Below are positions 1-12,072 of a stretch of 64,000 nucleotides of DNA, one piece after another (position 1 is the first letter of the stretch; each line of letters opens with the position of its first letter). The stretch is from Moniliella sp. 'wahieum'. Its lineage: Eukaryota. The stretch spans positions 1-64,000 of the forward strand of contig RSEE01000017.1 in the NCBI GenBank assembly GCA_003971905.1, in the 5' to 3' direction. Below the pieces are notes generated by a model. The model was not told the origin of the DNA. It saw only the letters and a program-made list of their open reading frames with translations, and did no database searches. A program made the position numbers and the translations under genes.

Positions 1-26
1 CCTAACCCTAACCCTAACCCTAACCC
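1..26 (+). repeat. Telomeric repeat (CCCTAA)n / (TTAGGG)n, chromosome end
   Basis: cctaaccctaaccctaaccctaaccc at the first bases, C-rich strand on +, as expected for a left chromosome end. Confidence 0.93.
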
Positions 27-1057
27 ATCATGGTGCGTGGTATCGGTGTTCAGATTGACGCGCTTCAACCTCTGAGAGCTTCAGTCAAGTGGCTGATTGT
101 CGGGATCAGACTCACTTGATCACGTTCTCTGTCACCAAGTTGTCTGGCCCCCTTGATTTGTTCTAGACCCTGTTTTCCCCCTTGGATGTGCTCCCTCTTT
201 CCCTCCATGTGATTTAGCTCGCATGGTCTCCTCTTCTCCGAGGCATATATACCTCGCCTCCTTTCCACTCGATGAATATGATCCTTGTCCTTTCCCCCAT
301 CTCCATCCTGTTACTGATTAGCACTGGACATACGATGAGCGCGGTATAGCACAGTTCAGCTGGAGACGACTTGGTGGAACTGGTAGGAAAACGCGGATGA
401 AGGTTTTGTTTGGACTGTACACTATAATGCGGTTTCAATGGACTCGATTGACTTGGATGATGAAAGATGGCATGATGGCAACAGATGACATGCAGATGGA
501 TCGATGACATGCACGAAGACGCGCGGAAGAGGCGCTCCGTGGCTGAAGTGTGGCCATGCAGTGGCTACCCAAAGACACACCCACGCTATATCATCCCTCA
601 ATTCTGGGCTTTGCACCCGTCCTGAAAAGAGAAACGAGTGTGAATATTCTTTCGCACCCCCAGCGTGGCCTGCTAAGCGCTACCCGCTACCCCTGGCCGA
701 AACGCTACTTAGCTTGAGCCGACCGTGCGTGCAGTGGCTCCAGCCTGGTTCCCACCGAGCTGGGGTACAGGGGCGATACGAGGATCAACTATATTTGGCG
801 AGGGTCCGCAGGGATCAGAGATGAGATGGAAGGGGAGGGGGTTCAAATAGGGGCGATCGGTAGCGGTGGAGGGAGGGGTAGAGACGTAACAGAGACAGGG
901 GTGGATGGGAGATACGGTGTATAAGTCAGATGGTGGGCATCGTAGCGAGGTTGACATGTAGGGACATGCGCCCGAGACAATGACAATAAGGGAGGATAGG
1001 GATACGCGCAAGGGCGGCGAGGGTGGGGGGGGAAGCCGATGGGGTAAGATGGGCCGC

Positions 1058-3217
1058 CTAGGGCCGCATCGTCGTGTCTGCTCTCTGCTCTGCCGAGGGG
1101 GCAAACAGCACGTCGTTACGGGGAGTTTGGCTCAGGCTCGCGCCAAGCGAGGTGGCAAAGGGTGAGCTGATCGGGTGTGAAACGTCTCGTCGCCAACCCA
1201 ACGACAGTCCCTCTTCTGCCATCATGGTCGCAAATGGGTTCCGGCCAGTACTGCCATCCAGGTTCATCGGTACCGCTCGCGTCGTATCCGCATCAGCTTG
1301 CTCCAAGCCAACCGAGAAGGGGTTGGTGCGATGCCAGAGCGGCGAGGGATCCTGTATGTCCGGTCGCAGCTCCAGCTCCAGCTCCAGTTCGTCCTCCATG
1401 GGCGTGTAGAATTGAACGGGGAAGGAAGCCTCGCCCCTTCGCGACGGTTCGCCTCGCTCGGGAAGCGAGTTCTGCCCTTCGTTCGGGCGCTTCAGACGGT
1501 TCCGCCCTGCGCCATCCACATCCATTAGTTCCATCCCTTCGCTTGGCTCGGGCTCGGCGTCATCGGTTACCACAACGGGGACCCCCGCCGGAGCGATCGT
1601 CGGCGCAAAACTAGCGTTGCGTCCGTGAGTGGGGCCCGAAGGTAGCGGAGGAGGTGAAGGCATGTTTGCCGCCACCTGTTCTTGTGGTGAAGCTTCTACA
1701 CCTCCACTGGCGGAGCGGACGGTGGGTCGACCGAGGTAGGTGCGGGTACGGAAGCAGCCATCGGAGGTTCCACCGCTGGGGTTGGGGGAGGAGCAGAGTT
1801 CGCACTTGCGTTAAGGGCTGCCTCGAGCTCGGCCGTCTTCCTCTCTTCCACGTCTGCCTCCAAGTCGGCGTAGGTGCGGCAGAGCGGGCAGCTGAACGCG
1901 GGATGGTGTTTTTGGAGCAAAGGTCGGATGCACTTGTAGTGAAAGGCATGCGAGCAGGGTGCAATGAATAGCGACTGACACACAGTCACCGAGAAAAGGC
2001 AGATGCAGCAGTCACTCACTGCGGCGGGTTTGACCACCGTTTTGCCAGCGTCTTGCGGCGCTTTGGGTTGATCAGCCGTCGGCTCCCCCTGGAGTGTCCG
2101 CAGCTGACGCAACGCGTTCGTATTAAACTCATTGGCGCGGCGTTGCCAGCCACGGTTGAGCTCGACCCGCATCTGACACACCGGTACGATTCTTCAGAGC
2201 CGCTTTGGTAGTCCACCCCGAGCTGGATCACATCTCCATCCTTGATGGCAAACGGGATAGATTCCACCGGGGGCAGAGAGACGGATGTGGTTGAGAAAGG
2301 TGCCACTGGAGGACTTGGTTGTCGCGGAGGTAGAAGCGGCCACCGGCTTCGCACCACAGTCAGCATGCGACCGACTGACCACCTTGCTTCGGAACGCGGC
2401 TCGGTTCTGATCTATTCGCCCGCGGCCGCCATTGGCATTGGGGATCGCACCCCTCTGGCACCCGGGCCGGGAGCGCCTCGATCGTCCGACCCGCCAGACC
2501 GATCGGTAAACCGGCCAAACTTGATGGGCGCCGCTCCCTCCCGCACGTCGCGCTCAATCGCATCAAACACTACCGAGCGGCCATTGGAGATGTGGGGAAC
2601 AAGGCGGATGCGGTTGTACGGGCTGCTCGCCAGCCGGAGTGGGTTCAGGCGAGGCGGAGACGGAAGCGGAGGCGGTAGCAGGAGCAGGAGCAGAAGGAGC
2701 AGACCCAGGGGGTTGCGATTGGAGCGGCGCTAGCGGAGGCAGCAGCAGGACCAAGCGGGTGCCGGTGCGGCTGGGGATGTCGGCGGAGCGTTGGCTGGGC
2801 TGAGAGGCGTCGCGCGTGGGGGGAGGGCTGCGCGCTGCTGCTGCGCCGCGGGGACGTGAGCGGGGGGCTGGGGCGGGGGGGAGATGGCGGGGGCAGGCAG
2901 GGCAGGGGCGGTGCTGGGGGGCTGGTGGTGGTGGAGGCGGCGGCAGAAGAGGCGACGGCTGGCTGGGACATCTTGCGCACGCGGCTGCTGATGTGGGAGC
3001 CGGCCGAGCGGAAGAAGCCGGGGCGGGAGGTGGTGGGCGCAGCGGACGCAAGGTTGGTGGTGCTGGCGCTGAAGGAGGCCGAGTGGCTGTGGCTCGTGGG
3101 CGGGGGGGCCTGGGTGGGGGCGATGCCATGGGAGAGGACGCGGCCGAGGTTGAGATGGCTGCTGCTGAACGAGTTGGGGAGGTTGCTGCGCTCGCGCGCG
3201 CGGCTGGGGAGCGTCAT
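1058..3217 (-). CDS. DMA1: FHA-domain / RING-H2 E3 ubiquitin ligase (Dma1/Dma2 family)
   Basis: FHA motifs GRFTDR, VSRSHA, SSSGTFLNHIRL, IKDGDVIQLGVDYQ; RING CCICL..FIAPCSHAFHYKCIRPLL..FSCPLCRTYADLEADVE; split across frames by indels; 3' end approximate. Confidence 0.9.
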
Positions 3218-5559
3218 GGGGAGGCGGGTGGGGGGGAGGAGGATGGAGGCGGTGGAGGCGGTGGAGGCGGTGGCGATGGCGCGGCGCGGCGGAAGGTGCG
3301 GGCGATCGCAGGACAACGACGGGGCGAGCCCATCGGGGCTTCCAGGCCATCACCCATCCACCCAGTCCCCAGCCCACCGCGCCGACGCGGCGGAGGTGGT
3401 TAGGGTTGGGCGCGGCGGCGCGCACGGGACAAGTGTGTCTGCGCGCGCCAGGTCCAGTTCGGAGTGGCTCGGCATGGCCTGGGTTACGTATGCGGGAGGA
3501 GATAAGCGCTGAGATCTGAGAGAGCAACGCAACAAACAGCAGCTATATACCCCCTCGCCCCACCCACCCCAGCGCCATTGCCCCCGCCACGCACGGCCAT
3601 TGCCAGTGCCCCAGCGCATCTCTCGGCGATGCGCACATCCGTCTCAGCAGCCCCGTCTCCCTCCCGTCGCTGCCATCGCCGTCGCGATGCGATGTTTCCA
3701 TCCGTCGCGGCCATCGCCGTCGCGTCTGCATCCCATCGCGCCGGCGAATTGTCGCCGGCACGCCACAACCCACATCTCACATCTTCTCCGACAAAAACCT
3801 TTTGAAAAAAATTAAAAAACACGGGTTACTAGTTACTCTCGGATTACTCGATTACTCCTTTTTGCAATTACCGATTCTGGCTTGCCGGTTCCAGGTTGAG
3901 CCTCAACATCGCGCTTGCTGGTTGGTACTTGTTAGGGTTACTCGAGATGTGGAACAGGTGGAACCCCGGCTAACAAACAAACGCACCGTCAGACACCGCC
4001 CCGTGCCTGCCTGCCTGCCTCCTAGTCCCCGCGCCGACCCAATCACCGTGGTACATGATGAAAGCCACGCGTCACACTGTGCCCCCACGCCTTGGGCTGG
4101 ATCGGTGACACATCTCTGGCCAGTGATCGATGATCGATCTGATCGGAGATCGGAGCTGAGGCGCTGAGGGCGTACGTTCACCGGTTCACCGTCATCGACG
4201 TCATCCAAGTTGATGACGTTGAGGTTCCGGCGGGTTCCTGTCGTTGATGGCTCGACGGATGAGGCCAAGGCCGATGAGGCCGATGCCCGCATATAATCCC
4301 CGACTGTCAGTGCTGACGCGCGCTGACGGTCAGTGGTCATTGTTTCGTACTCACTGCGCTCAGGTCGTTTTTACTCAGGACTCAATCCACCATCCGCCCG
4401 GCCACCCCCACCACGGAGGCAACACGACACGCAAGTGTCCCAGAGCACATAACGTCTTCAAGCGTCAAGCGTCATGCATGTCATGCATCATGATACAAAG
4501 TCATGGCGAGCAGCTTGCCACGGCCTCAGCCTGAGAACCCGAGAACGCCATTAGAGAGAACGTACACAGTTCATCCCAAAAGCTTCACGAAACCCCCCGA
4601 TGCTGTTCACATGCACACGTCACCTGTTCACACACATCCATGTTGTTCTCCTTTTTGCTCCCACCCACCGTCCACTCGCATTGTATTTCCCCCGTCTCCT
4701 CTTACACGTCACGGATAACAGTGGAAGGAGACGAATGGGGGAAGAGAGAATTCGTCCTGCAGTTATACGCGTTGCCACCCAACGACATTTTGACCTAACC
4801 ACAGCACAAACAGTCTCCCCCTACCCCCCCCGCCTTCTGACTATCTGCCACTGAGAAGCACCGTGTACAAGGCACATATTAGCTTGACCGCTCGCATCCC
4901 TATCCGCTCTGTTGTTGTCAGTCAAGGCGAGCGCGCCTGCTGCATCATGGACATCTGTCAACGAACAAGCAAAAGCACGCTCCAATTTCCAATCCTGCAT
5001 CCTGTCTCTCTCGCCCCTCCCTTTCCTGTTGCTTCTGTTCTCTGCACGATGCCTTCCGTTTCCTCCCACTAACTTCTTGCCATTTCCCCCGTCTCTTACA
5101 GTAACTTCGTCTCCCTCGTTTAGCCCCGACTGTTACATGGAGGCACCCTATCCATTTCAATCGCTGTTGCAGAAGTGTTCAGCGTGATATAGCACCGCAA
5201 AACGCATCGACATCATCTTACGAGAAGAAAACCCGCGTAGTCTCGTCTCCAGGAAAATACATACACTGGAGAGCACGCTCCGCCATTCTGATTCTGAGTT
5301 TCAGCCATCCCCATCGTGACTGCCGTGGCCTGACTGCGGATGACTTTTTTGCCTCAATACTGTACCCGCGTAAGAGCCCTCTCGCACAGATCCGCTGGCC
5401 CTACAAAACACAATCCGTGTTCCCGCACCATAAAACACAAGGAGGACCACCACCGGGCCTACGGCCCGGTCAGCTGGGGCTTCGCCCCAGCTGCCGTTCC
5501 CCCTTCGCCACCGTTCCACCGTCGCCACCGTTCCCCCGGCCCACCATCGACACCGTAGC

Positions 5560-7224
5560 CACCGTTGCAAGCTGGAGAGGGAACATAATATCACCGATGC
5601 ATTTTTTCTTCTCCATCGCAGTGCGGCCCACATGCTGGAGAAACTGAAAAAGGACCTGCCGCCGGGACACCTGGTGATGGCATACCTGGACGACATTACG
5701 ATTTCGGTCCAGGGCCAGGCATTACCGGACTAGCCGCGGAGATTTGGAAGGCGACGCGTCAGGCCTCAAGCTCAACCTGCGCAAGTGTGTCGAGCGGGAC
5801 CGGGACCAGATTCGGGAGGATGGTCTGCAGGCTGGGCACTTGTGTGGGAGGGGTAGACTGTCGTCGATCGTGGTTCCGGGCCCAACTGGCCAGTCTGAGG
5901 GAGAACATGCCTAAGTTGGATGGCATCACCGCCAGGGACGCCTCTTACTATGGCGGCTCAGTACCCAGACCAAGCTGTTGCGCCACCTGCTCCGCACCAT
6001 GCAGATGGAAGGAGAGCTAGATGACGTGCTGGCCGAGATGGATGCCTTCATCTGTACGGAGTTCAGATGGATCCGGGGCGACGAAGACCCCCAAGGTGCC
6101 AAGGACGACCACTTCGACATGCTCATGAGCCTGCCTCTCCGGATGGGAGGATGTGGCAGCCCGCTTTACTCGTATATTGCGCCCCACCCCGTGCCGCGGC
6201 CAACGAGGTCAACGACTACTTTATTATCACTTATGTTGACCCAGCGGGACCGCAAACGGCTACGGCCAACGCCTTACGAAGCAACGCCAGCGCTGCCGGG
6301 AGATGGGAGCAAAGTCGACAGGAGTTGCTCCAGAAGCTGGATGCTGTCGATGGTCGCAATGTGGTTGAGCTCAGCAACCCGCTGAGCCACAACTGGCTCT
6401 CCGCCATTCCATCCGTCCCGTACCTCAAGCTCTCTGACCAGCAGGTCCAGGTTGGTCTAGCTCGGAACGCTGTGCCGCACCATGTGCAAGTGCGGCGTCA
6501 TGTCCTCGCTGGAGCACATCATGTCTTGCACCCGCTCCAGGCCAAGTTTGGTGCATTGCATGAGGCAGTGCGGGAGCCCATTCTCCAGCTCCTACGCTCC
6601 ATCCCCGACACCCACGTCCGCAACGAACCAATGGTGGAGGAAGAGGATGGCAGGACACAGAGGACACGGCGCACCGACTACCGCGTGATGGGGCCCGGAG
6701 CACTCGGAGGATCAAGAATGGAGGTAGACCGCACGCTGCCCCACACGGGATCGCTGGAGGCGCCGAGCGCGTTCCGGAGGGTGGTGCATGAGAGCACCGC
6801 AACCCCCTTGGAACGCCGGGAGAAGGAGCTGCTTCGGCTGCTGGAACAAGCAGAATGCGACAAGAACGCCAAGTACCAAGGACGCACTCAAGAGCCGTTT
6901 TTCCCCCTGGTTTTGACGACGCGAGGATACTACGGCACCAAGACGGCGAGCAAGTTGTTTGCGCATTGGAAAGAGTTGGCTACTAAGTCTCAGTGGAAAT
7001 GGTTCCTCGCTCGGATGTCAACCACGTTCCTCCGTGTCCACACGCGCTTCATCCTAGGGTGACCGGATGGCGTGAGGGGAGGGTCCTGATATCCTGGCGA
7101 TCCCCCTGGTTCCTTGACCTTAGTGGCGCTTCCAAGTAACCCCCGCAAGATGAACGGTTCGGTTTAGACGTAGCGTTCCCCCTGTCCAGCCTTAAGCTCT
7201 CTGTCAATGAAATGGACATGATCT
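5560..7224 (+). mobile_element. 5'-truncated non-LTR retrotransposon, CRE/Cnl1/MoTeR-like (RT + CCHC + restriction-like endonuclease)
   Basis: FFSIAVRP..LEKL..VMAYLDDIT (YLDD ~5683-5694), GLKLNLRKC, LGTCVG, LPLRMGGCG, WLSAIP, CKCG..H..C knuckle (~6485-6530), HEAVR, EP, RTDYRV, EVD, KNAKY, FFPLVLTTRG; stop at 7062 followed by a 3' UTR. Confidence 0.88.
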
Positions 7225-7226
7225 AG

Positions 7227-7860
7227 AGATCATTGCATTTCAGTCGTAACATTTACCGACCTTGAGGTTGTGGGACAAAGAAACCGTCGCTGCGGCTTGC
7301 ATGACCTCAACAGTGCTCATCCGGGGTGTGCTCTGTTAGCGCCACACCCGTTACGAAACCAAGGGGAACCACCAGCACAGGTCAGGATCCTCTCGTGTCC
7401 GTCATTCGGTTCCAAACCAGAGAGATAGCGCGCGTAGATACGAATGAACGTGGCAGACGTCTCCACAAAAGTGGTGAACAATCTCCAATCAGATTCATCC
7501 GTTCGTTCTTTCCAGTGCTCATTTGACCATGTTGCTCGTCGTCTTCGTGGTCCATACTATATCCTCTCTTCGTCGTCATAATCAGGGGAAAAAAGGCTCA
7601 TGGTTGCCTCCGTGGACGGAGCTTGGTATTCTTGTCGCATTCGGCTTCTTCCACCAGTCGAAGCAGCTCCGTCTCCCGGAATTCTATACGCGTTACGGAT
7701 CTCTCTCGTGTACCACCCCCGGTACGTACCTATCGCCTCCCATGTTATCAAAGAGTTCCGCAACGTGTGATCCACCTCAATTCATTCTCTCCTCCGAATG
7801 CTCCAGGTCCCATCACTCGGTACAGTCAGTGCGCATCGCTTTCCTCCAATCCCTATTAAC
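7227..7860 (-). mobile_element. Second, diverged and decayed copy of the same retrotransposon family (endonuclease end + 3' UTR), inverted
   Basis: Minus strand reads YRVMGPGAFGG..EVDHTL, VVHE, ELLRLVEEAECDKNTK, EPFFPLIMTTKRGY, HWKE, ATFIRIYARY, matching the 6067-7062 ORF; 3' UTR blocks also align. Confidence 0.85.
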
Positions 7861-9320
7861 CCCTTAATAAAAACGGAGTTATGTATCTGTTTGAATGAAG
7901 TGGTCTTGCTGAGGCCTTATTCGTTACCGTAGAGAAGCACTCTCCAGCTGGAGAGCTCCGACCCTAAAGGACAATCGACCGCCTAGTACCTCCTCTCCCA
8001 TCCGGCTCACCCTACACCGAAGCGGGCGGGATTGGTCTTTTTTTGCTACAGAGGATCCCAATCAGCTGTACACTGTCGGATATCGGCCCCATTGATAGGC
8101 ATAAGACACCCCACGTATCTTGCCGGGGGAGGGGTTGATGGGTATATATCAGGAGTTGATGGGTACTATATGTATCCGTCGAACGCCCTAGACATAACAG
8201 CCTGTCGGTTGTGTAGGAGGTTGTGAGGAACATGTTCCTTGGCCCACCACGGTGCCATTGGCTCCTGGATCTGTGTATGGAACCCACGACGCCGACGCTG
8301 AGAAGCCACAGGCTCACGCCAGTGGGCCCGCGAACGTTATCGCCAACAATGTAGGAGCAATGCCGTGTCGCTTGTCGCGCGGCTGCCACTAACGGCAATG
8401 CCTGATATCTCTGTACTGTACCCGCCCCGTCCCATTGTCTCCCCAACTCTTCCGACTCCGGCAATTGTGGGTACAACCAATGACAGCTCGACGAAACCTG
8501 TACCATGCGATTGTCCATGCTTTCATTGGACGAGATGGACACTTTCGTCACATACAGGAAACGAAAGAACCAGGCCTGTCTGTGATGGGGGCGTTCGGTC
8601 GTGCTGGGCCACGATGTTGTGTGTGGGTGTATAGTCACTGCAATTCCCGCGTTTGCCTGTTCGCTCTGTGCGAGCCGACCGACCCGCGGTCGATCGGGAC
8701 CGGCGGTTCCCCTGGTTGCAGACCGAGGTGGGTGGTAGTTGGATACGTGGGGACACTATTGGCACATTTGGTCTAGGTATCTTCTTCCGCGCCGCGGACG
8801 CACAACCACTATGCCCCACCCGCTGCCCTGTTGTTTGTCCTGAACGTCCGCACCCACGCAAGCAAACATAGACCCCTGCCCTGGCGCAGACCAGCGTGGG
8901 CGCCCAGCTCGGAGGGGGCAACGTGCCGCCCTGCCATGTTGATCGAGAGTCACCCGCCATGTTTTGTCCCGTTCCCTCCATTTAAGTGGCTGACATGAGG
9001 GCTAGCGAAACCTATATATAGAAGACCAGAGAGCAGGCAGGTGATGGTGTATTGCATTGCAAATGAGCTACAGAGGCTAGAGAACATTTCCGTCCTCTAG
9101 CAAGGAATATTGGACGGAGTGAACCGGAAGGTTCCGGGCTTGGGCTACCGGCGCCACTACATCAGTGTGGCGCCACACTGTACTACGGTCATCCCCCCTG
9201 CCTCCCGCCACCTCTTCGACGGCGGTCTCGCTTCTCGCCCCTACAGAAACATCACGCAAGGCACTGGAGAGATGCGTGTATGGATAGGAGACTGGTTCCA
9301 GGATCACCATAGCCACTCAC

Positions 9321-9807
9321 TTACGCCTTCTTGCCGTTGATCGCCAGCAGCTCCACCTCAAACTCCAGCGTAGCGTCTATCATGGGTTGGTGGTCAGGGT
9401 CGTCGGGCTCGCAGGCGCACCGAGGAAATGGGGGGGGGGGGTCTAAACGTACTGGGCGGAATGAGGGGGGGAAGCCGCGAGCGCCATAGGCATAGTCGGG
9501 CGTGGCGGTCAACACGGCCTTCTCGCCCAAGGACAGTTGCGGCACGCTTCGTCCCATCCGCGGATCACCTGGCCGACGCCGATCTGGGTCTGGAAGGGCG
9601 CACCGCGCGTGATGGACGAGTCAAACACCGAGCCGTCCGGGTTGCGGCCCGTGTAGTGAATAGTGACCGTGTCGCCAGCCTTGGGCTTGTCCACCCATTC
9701 CCAGCGGCCAACGTCTTGACCGTCACGCCCATCCGGGCAGCAGAGGCGTGCAGGCCACGCGCCAGCATGGGCGCACGCACAGTGGTCGAACGCAGTGCAG
9801 AGAACAT
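9321..9807 (-). CDS. FPR1: FKBP12-type peptidyl-prolyl isomerase with a predicted mitochondrial presequence
   Basis: [25 protein letters not shown] then [70 protein letters not shown]; one intron ~9380-9452. Confidence 0.92.
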
Positions 9808-10315
9808 CGTAGACACAGGCTGGAGAGGAAGAGGAGGTGGGGGGTGGGGGCGTTTGCCGTTGGTGTGGGGTCTGGAGTGCGGGGGCGAGGCAGTGGCAAG
9901 GCGAGAAGAGTAAAGCTAAGTAACCCAGCCGGCAGAAGAAAATTGCACGCGACAAGCGTGGCGCGCACACTGCTGGTGCGGGTTCGGATCGAGCGCACGG
10001 GCCTTGGGGGGCCTACACTGGCGCCGTCCTCCAGGGAACCCTTCTGTTCCGCCAGTCCAACCCTAGCAATCGCTCCACCAGACCATGGTAGAAGAAACCT
10101 TGCCCATAAGTGCATTGCCAATGCTGCGGCTCCTCTCCACCTCGTTACCAGCCCGACCTACCTCACGTACCTCCCTTGACGCTCTGTCGTCCCGTCTATA
10201 CAATACGTTACTACTGCAGGTACGGCCTCAAATACACATCTGGTTCAGGCCTAAAGAAAATTCGTTCGCAGCGAAAAGCAAGCATGAGAGTCGAGCCCAC
10301 AAAGAGGATATACTC

Positions 10316-10731
10316 TTAAGCCTTCTTGCCGTTGATCGCCAACAGCTGCACCTCAAACTCGAGGGTAGCGTCTGCACGAGTAAAAAGTCAGTCCATCTAT
10401 CGTGTCCTGCCAGTGACGGCAACACGTGCTCAGAGCAGGAAAACATACTGGGGGGGATGACGGGGGGGAAGCCGCGCGCGCCGTAAGCGTAGTCGGGCGT
10501 AGCGCGTCAGGATGGCCTTCTCGCCAAGGGAGAGCTGGGGGAACGCCCTCGTCCCAGCCACGAATCACCTGGCCGACGCCAATGGTGGTCTGGAAGGGCT
10601 GGCCACGGGTGACGGACGAGTCAACACAGAGCCGTCCGAGTTGCGGCCGTGTAGTGGATGGTGACCGTGTCACCAGCCTTGGGCTTGTCGACGCCGTTGC
10701 CGGGGCTGAGAGACTTGACAGTAACACCCAT
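10316..10731 (-). CDS. FPR1: FKBP12-type peptidyl-prolyl isomerase, short (cytosolic) form
   Basis: [65 protein letters not shown]; intron at the same position as the other copy (~10373-10448). Confidence 0.92.
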
Positions 10732-10800
10732 GGTAGCAGCAAGAGACGGTGGCAGATGGAGGTGGAGAAGATGCGTAGGCCAGGCGGCAGGCAGGCGGGC

Positions 10801-10807
10801 TTTATAT
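10801..10807 (-). promoter_or_regulatory. Putative TATA box of the short FKBP12 gene
   Basis: ATATAAA on the minus strand about 70 bp upstream of the ATG, in GC-rich context. Confidence 0.5.
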
Positions 10808-12072
10808 GTAGGAAGCAGCAGCGGGGCAGGCGAAGACGAAAAGCACGACACGGCGTTGGCACACTGCTCCTCTGCCCCGAACAGGTTGGAAGAGACGCGC
10901 AGGACCTGCGCGCACGACCCGTAGCACCCGGACACTGGCCCCACGCTGCCGTGGGGGGTGCGTGCGTCCGGCTGGCCAGCATCACCATCACGCATCACAT
11001 GGGTATGCTACTGTCCAGTGCTGTCCAGGCTGCGTCGTGCCTCACGCGCTCACGTGCTGGCAGGATCATCGATCCTCGATCAACCATGCATGTTGTGCCA
11101 AACGCTTCCTTAGGCCTAAGCCTTAGGAGCTTAGGCCTAATCCGCGTTGCTGAGCATGGATGATCATCGTCCTGTTAGCGTCGTTCTCTGGCTACGCAGA
11201 CAGCCTCGTTGGCCAGCCGTGGGATCTGGGAGCTCCCGCTCCCCTGGAGCAGGCGCGAGCCAGCCCCCGCCTGCCGGCACAGACGGTGCACGGCCCCCCG
11301 CAGCCCTTCCTTGGCACCGCTCCACACACGCCGTGCGCCGTGCGCTGCGCCGCCCAATCGTCCCATCGTCCCATCCCATCCCATGCCTTTGCCTGGCGCC
11401 GGCCTCTGCCTGTCCGCCCCCCGCCTCGCTTCTGCGCACCGGTCCGTGCGCCCCGCGCTGGCCTGCGCCAAGCGCCCACTCAGCCCGTAGGCCCTCCGCC
11501 CTGCTCCGCCTCCTCGCTCCACGTGCCCCGTCGTGCCGGTGGCAAAGGCCCAAGCGCTGTTGCGCAATCTGTTGACAACCACGGCAATCCATGACCTCGC
11601 AAACGCACGGGCCTCGTCAAACATCGAGCCGCTCGCACTGTCGTATACAAAGAAAGACTGTCGGTCATCGACACCTCCTGAATAGAATCACACGAGGGGC
11701 CCGGTAGCGTCATGCAGGCGGGCCCATCTAAGGGCCAAGCCTTTTCCTTGCACTCTCCTCGGTTCCACGGGAACGGCGGTCACTTGATTCTGTAAGGTGC
11801 GCAAACAGACTACGAGCTACGACCACCCCCTCCCAGGCTGCCGGCTTACGCTCCCTCTCCTGATTGTCCGGCTCGTTCGCCGTCCACTTGGGGAGGCATC
11901 TGTGCCATCTCAGCCGGAAATCCGCGGGAGGGTCTTCATCCAAGCCCTGGGGTTCTCATTATCTTCGCACATCATCTTTTTTCCTACGCACAAAAAATAC
12001 ATAGGCTCGACAAGCACGATGAAACAAGGAACAAAACATGCATGCCTGGCGTTAGGCCTTAGGGTAGACCAT

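Noticed and set aside
3931..3940. TAACCCTAAC on the minus strand as a telomerase RNA template or internal telomere seed
   Set aside because: A 10-mer of this kind can occur by chance in 64 kb; only about 400 bp separate it from the DMA1 promoter, and no pseudoknot was recognised
8012..8981. Minus-strand ORFs downstream of a TATATATA at ~9013 as a functional gene
   Set aside because: No recognisable domain and the frames are interrupted; at most another relic
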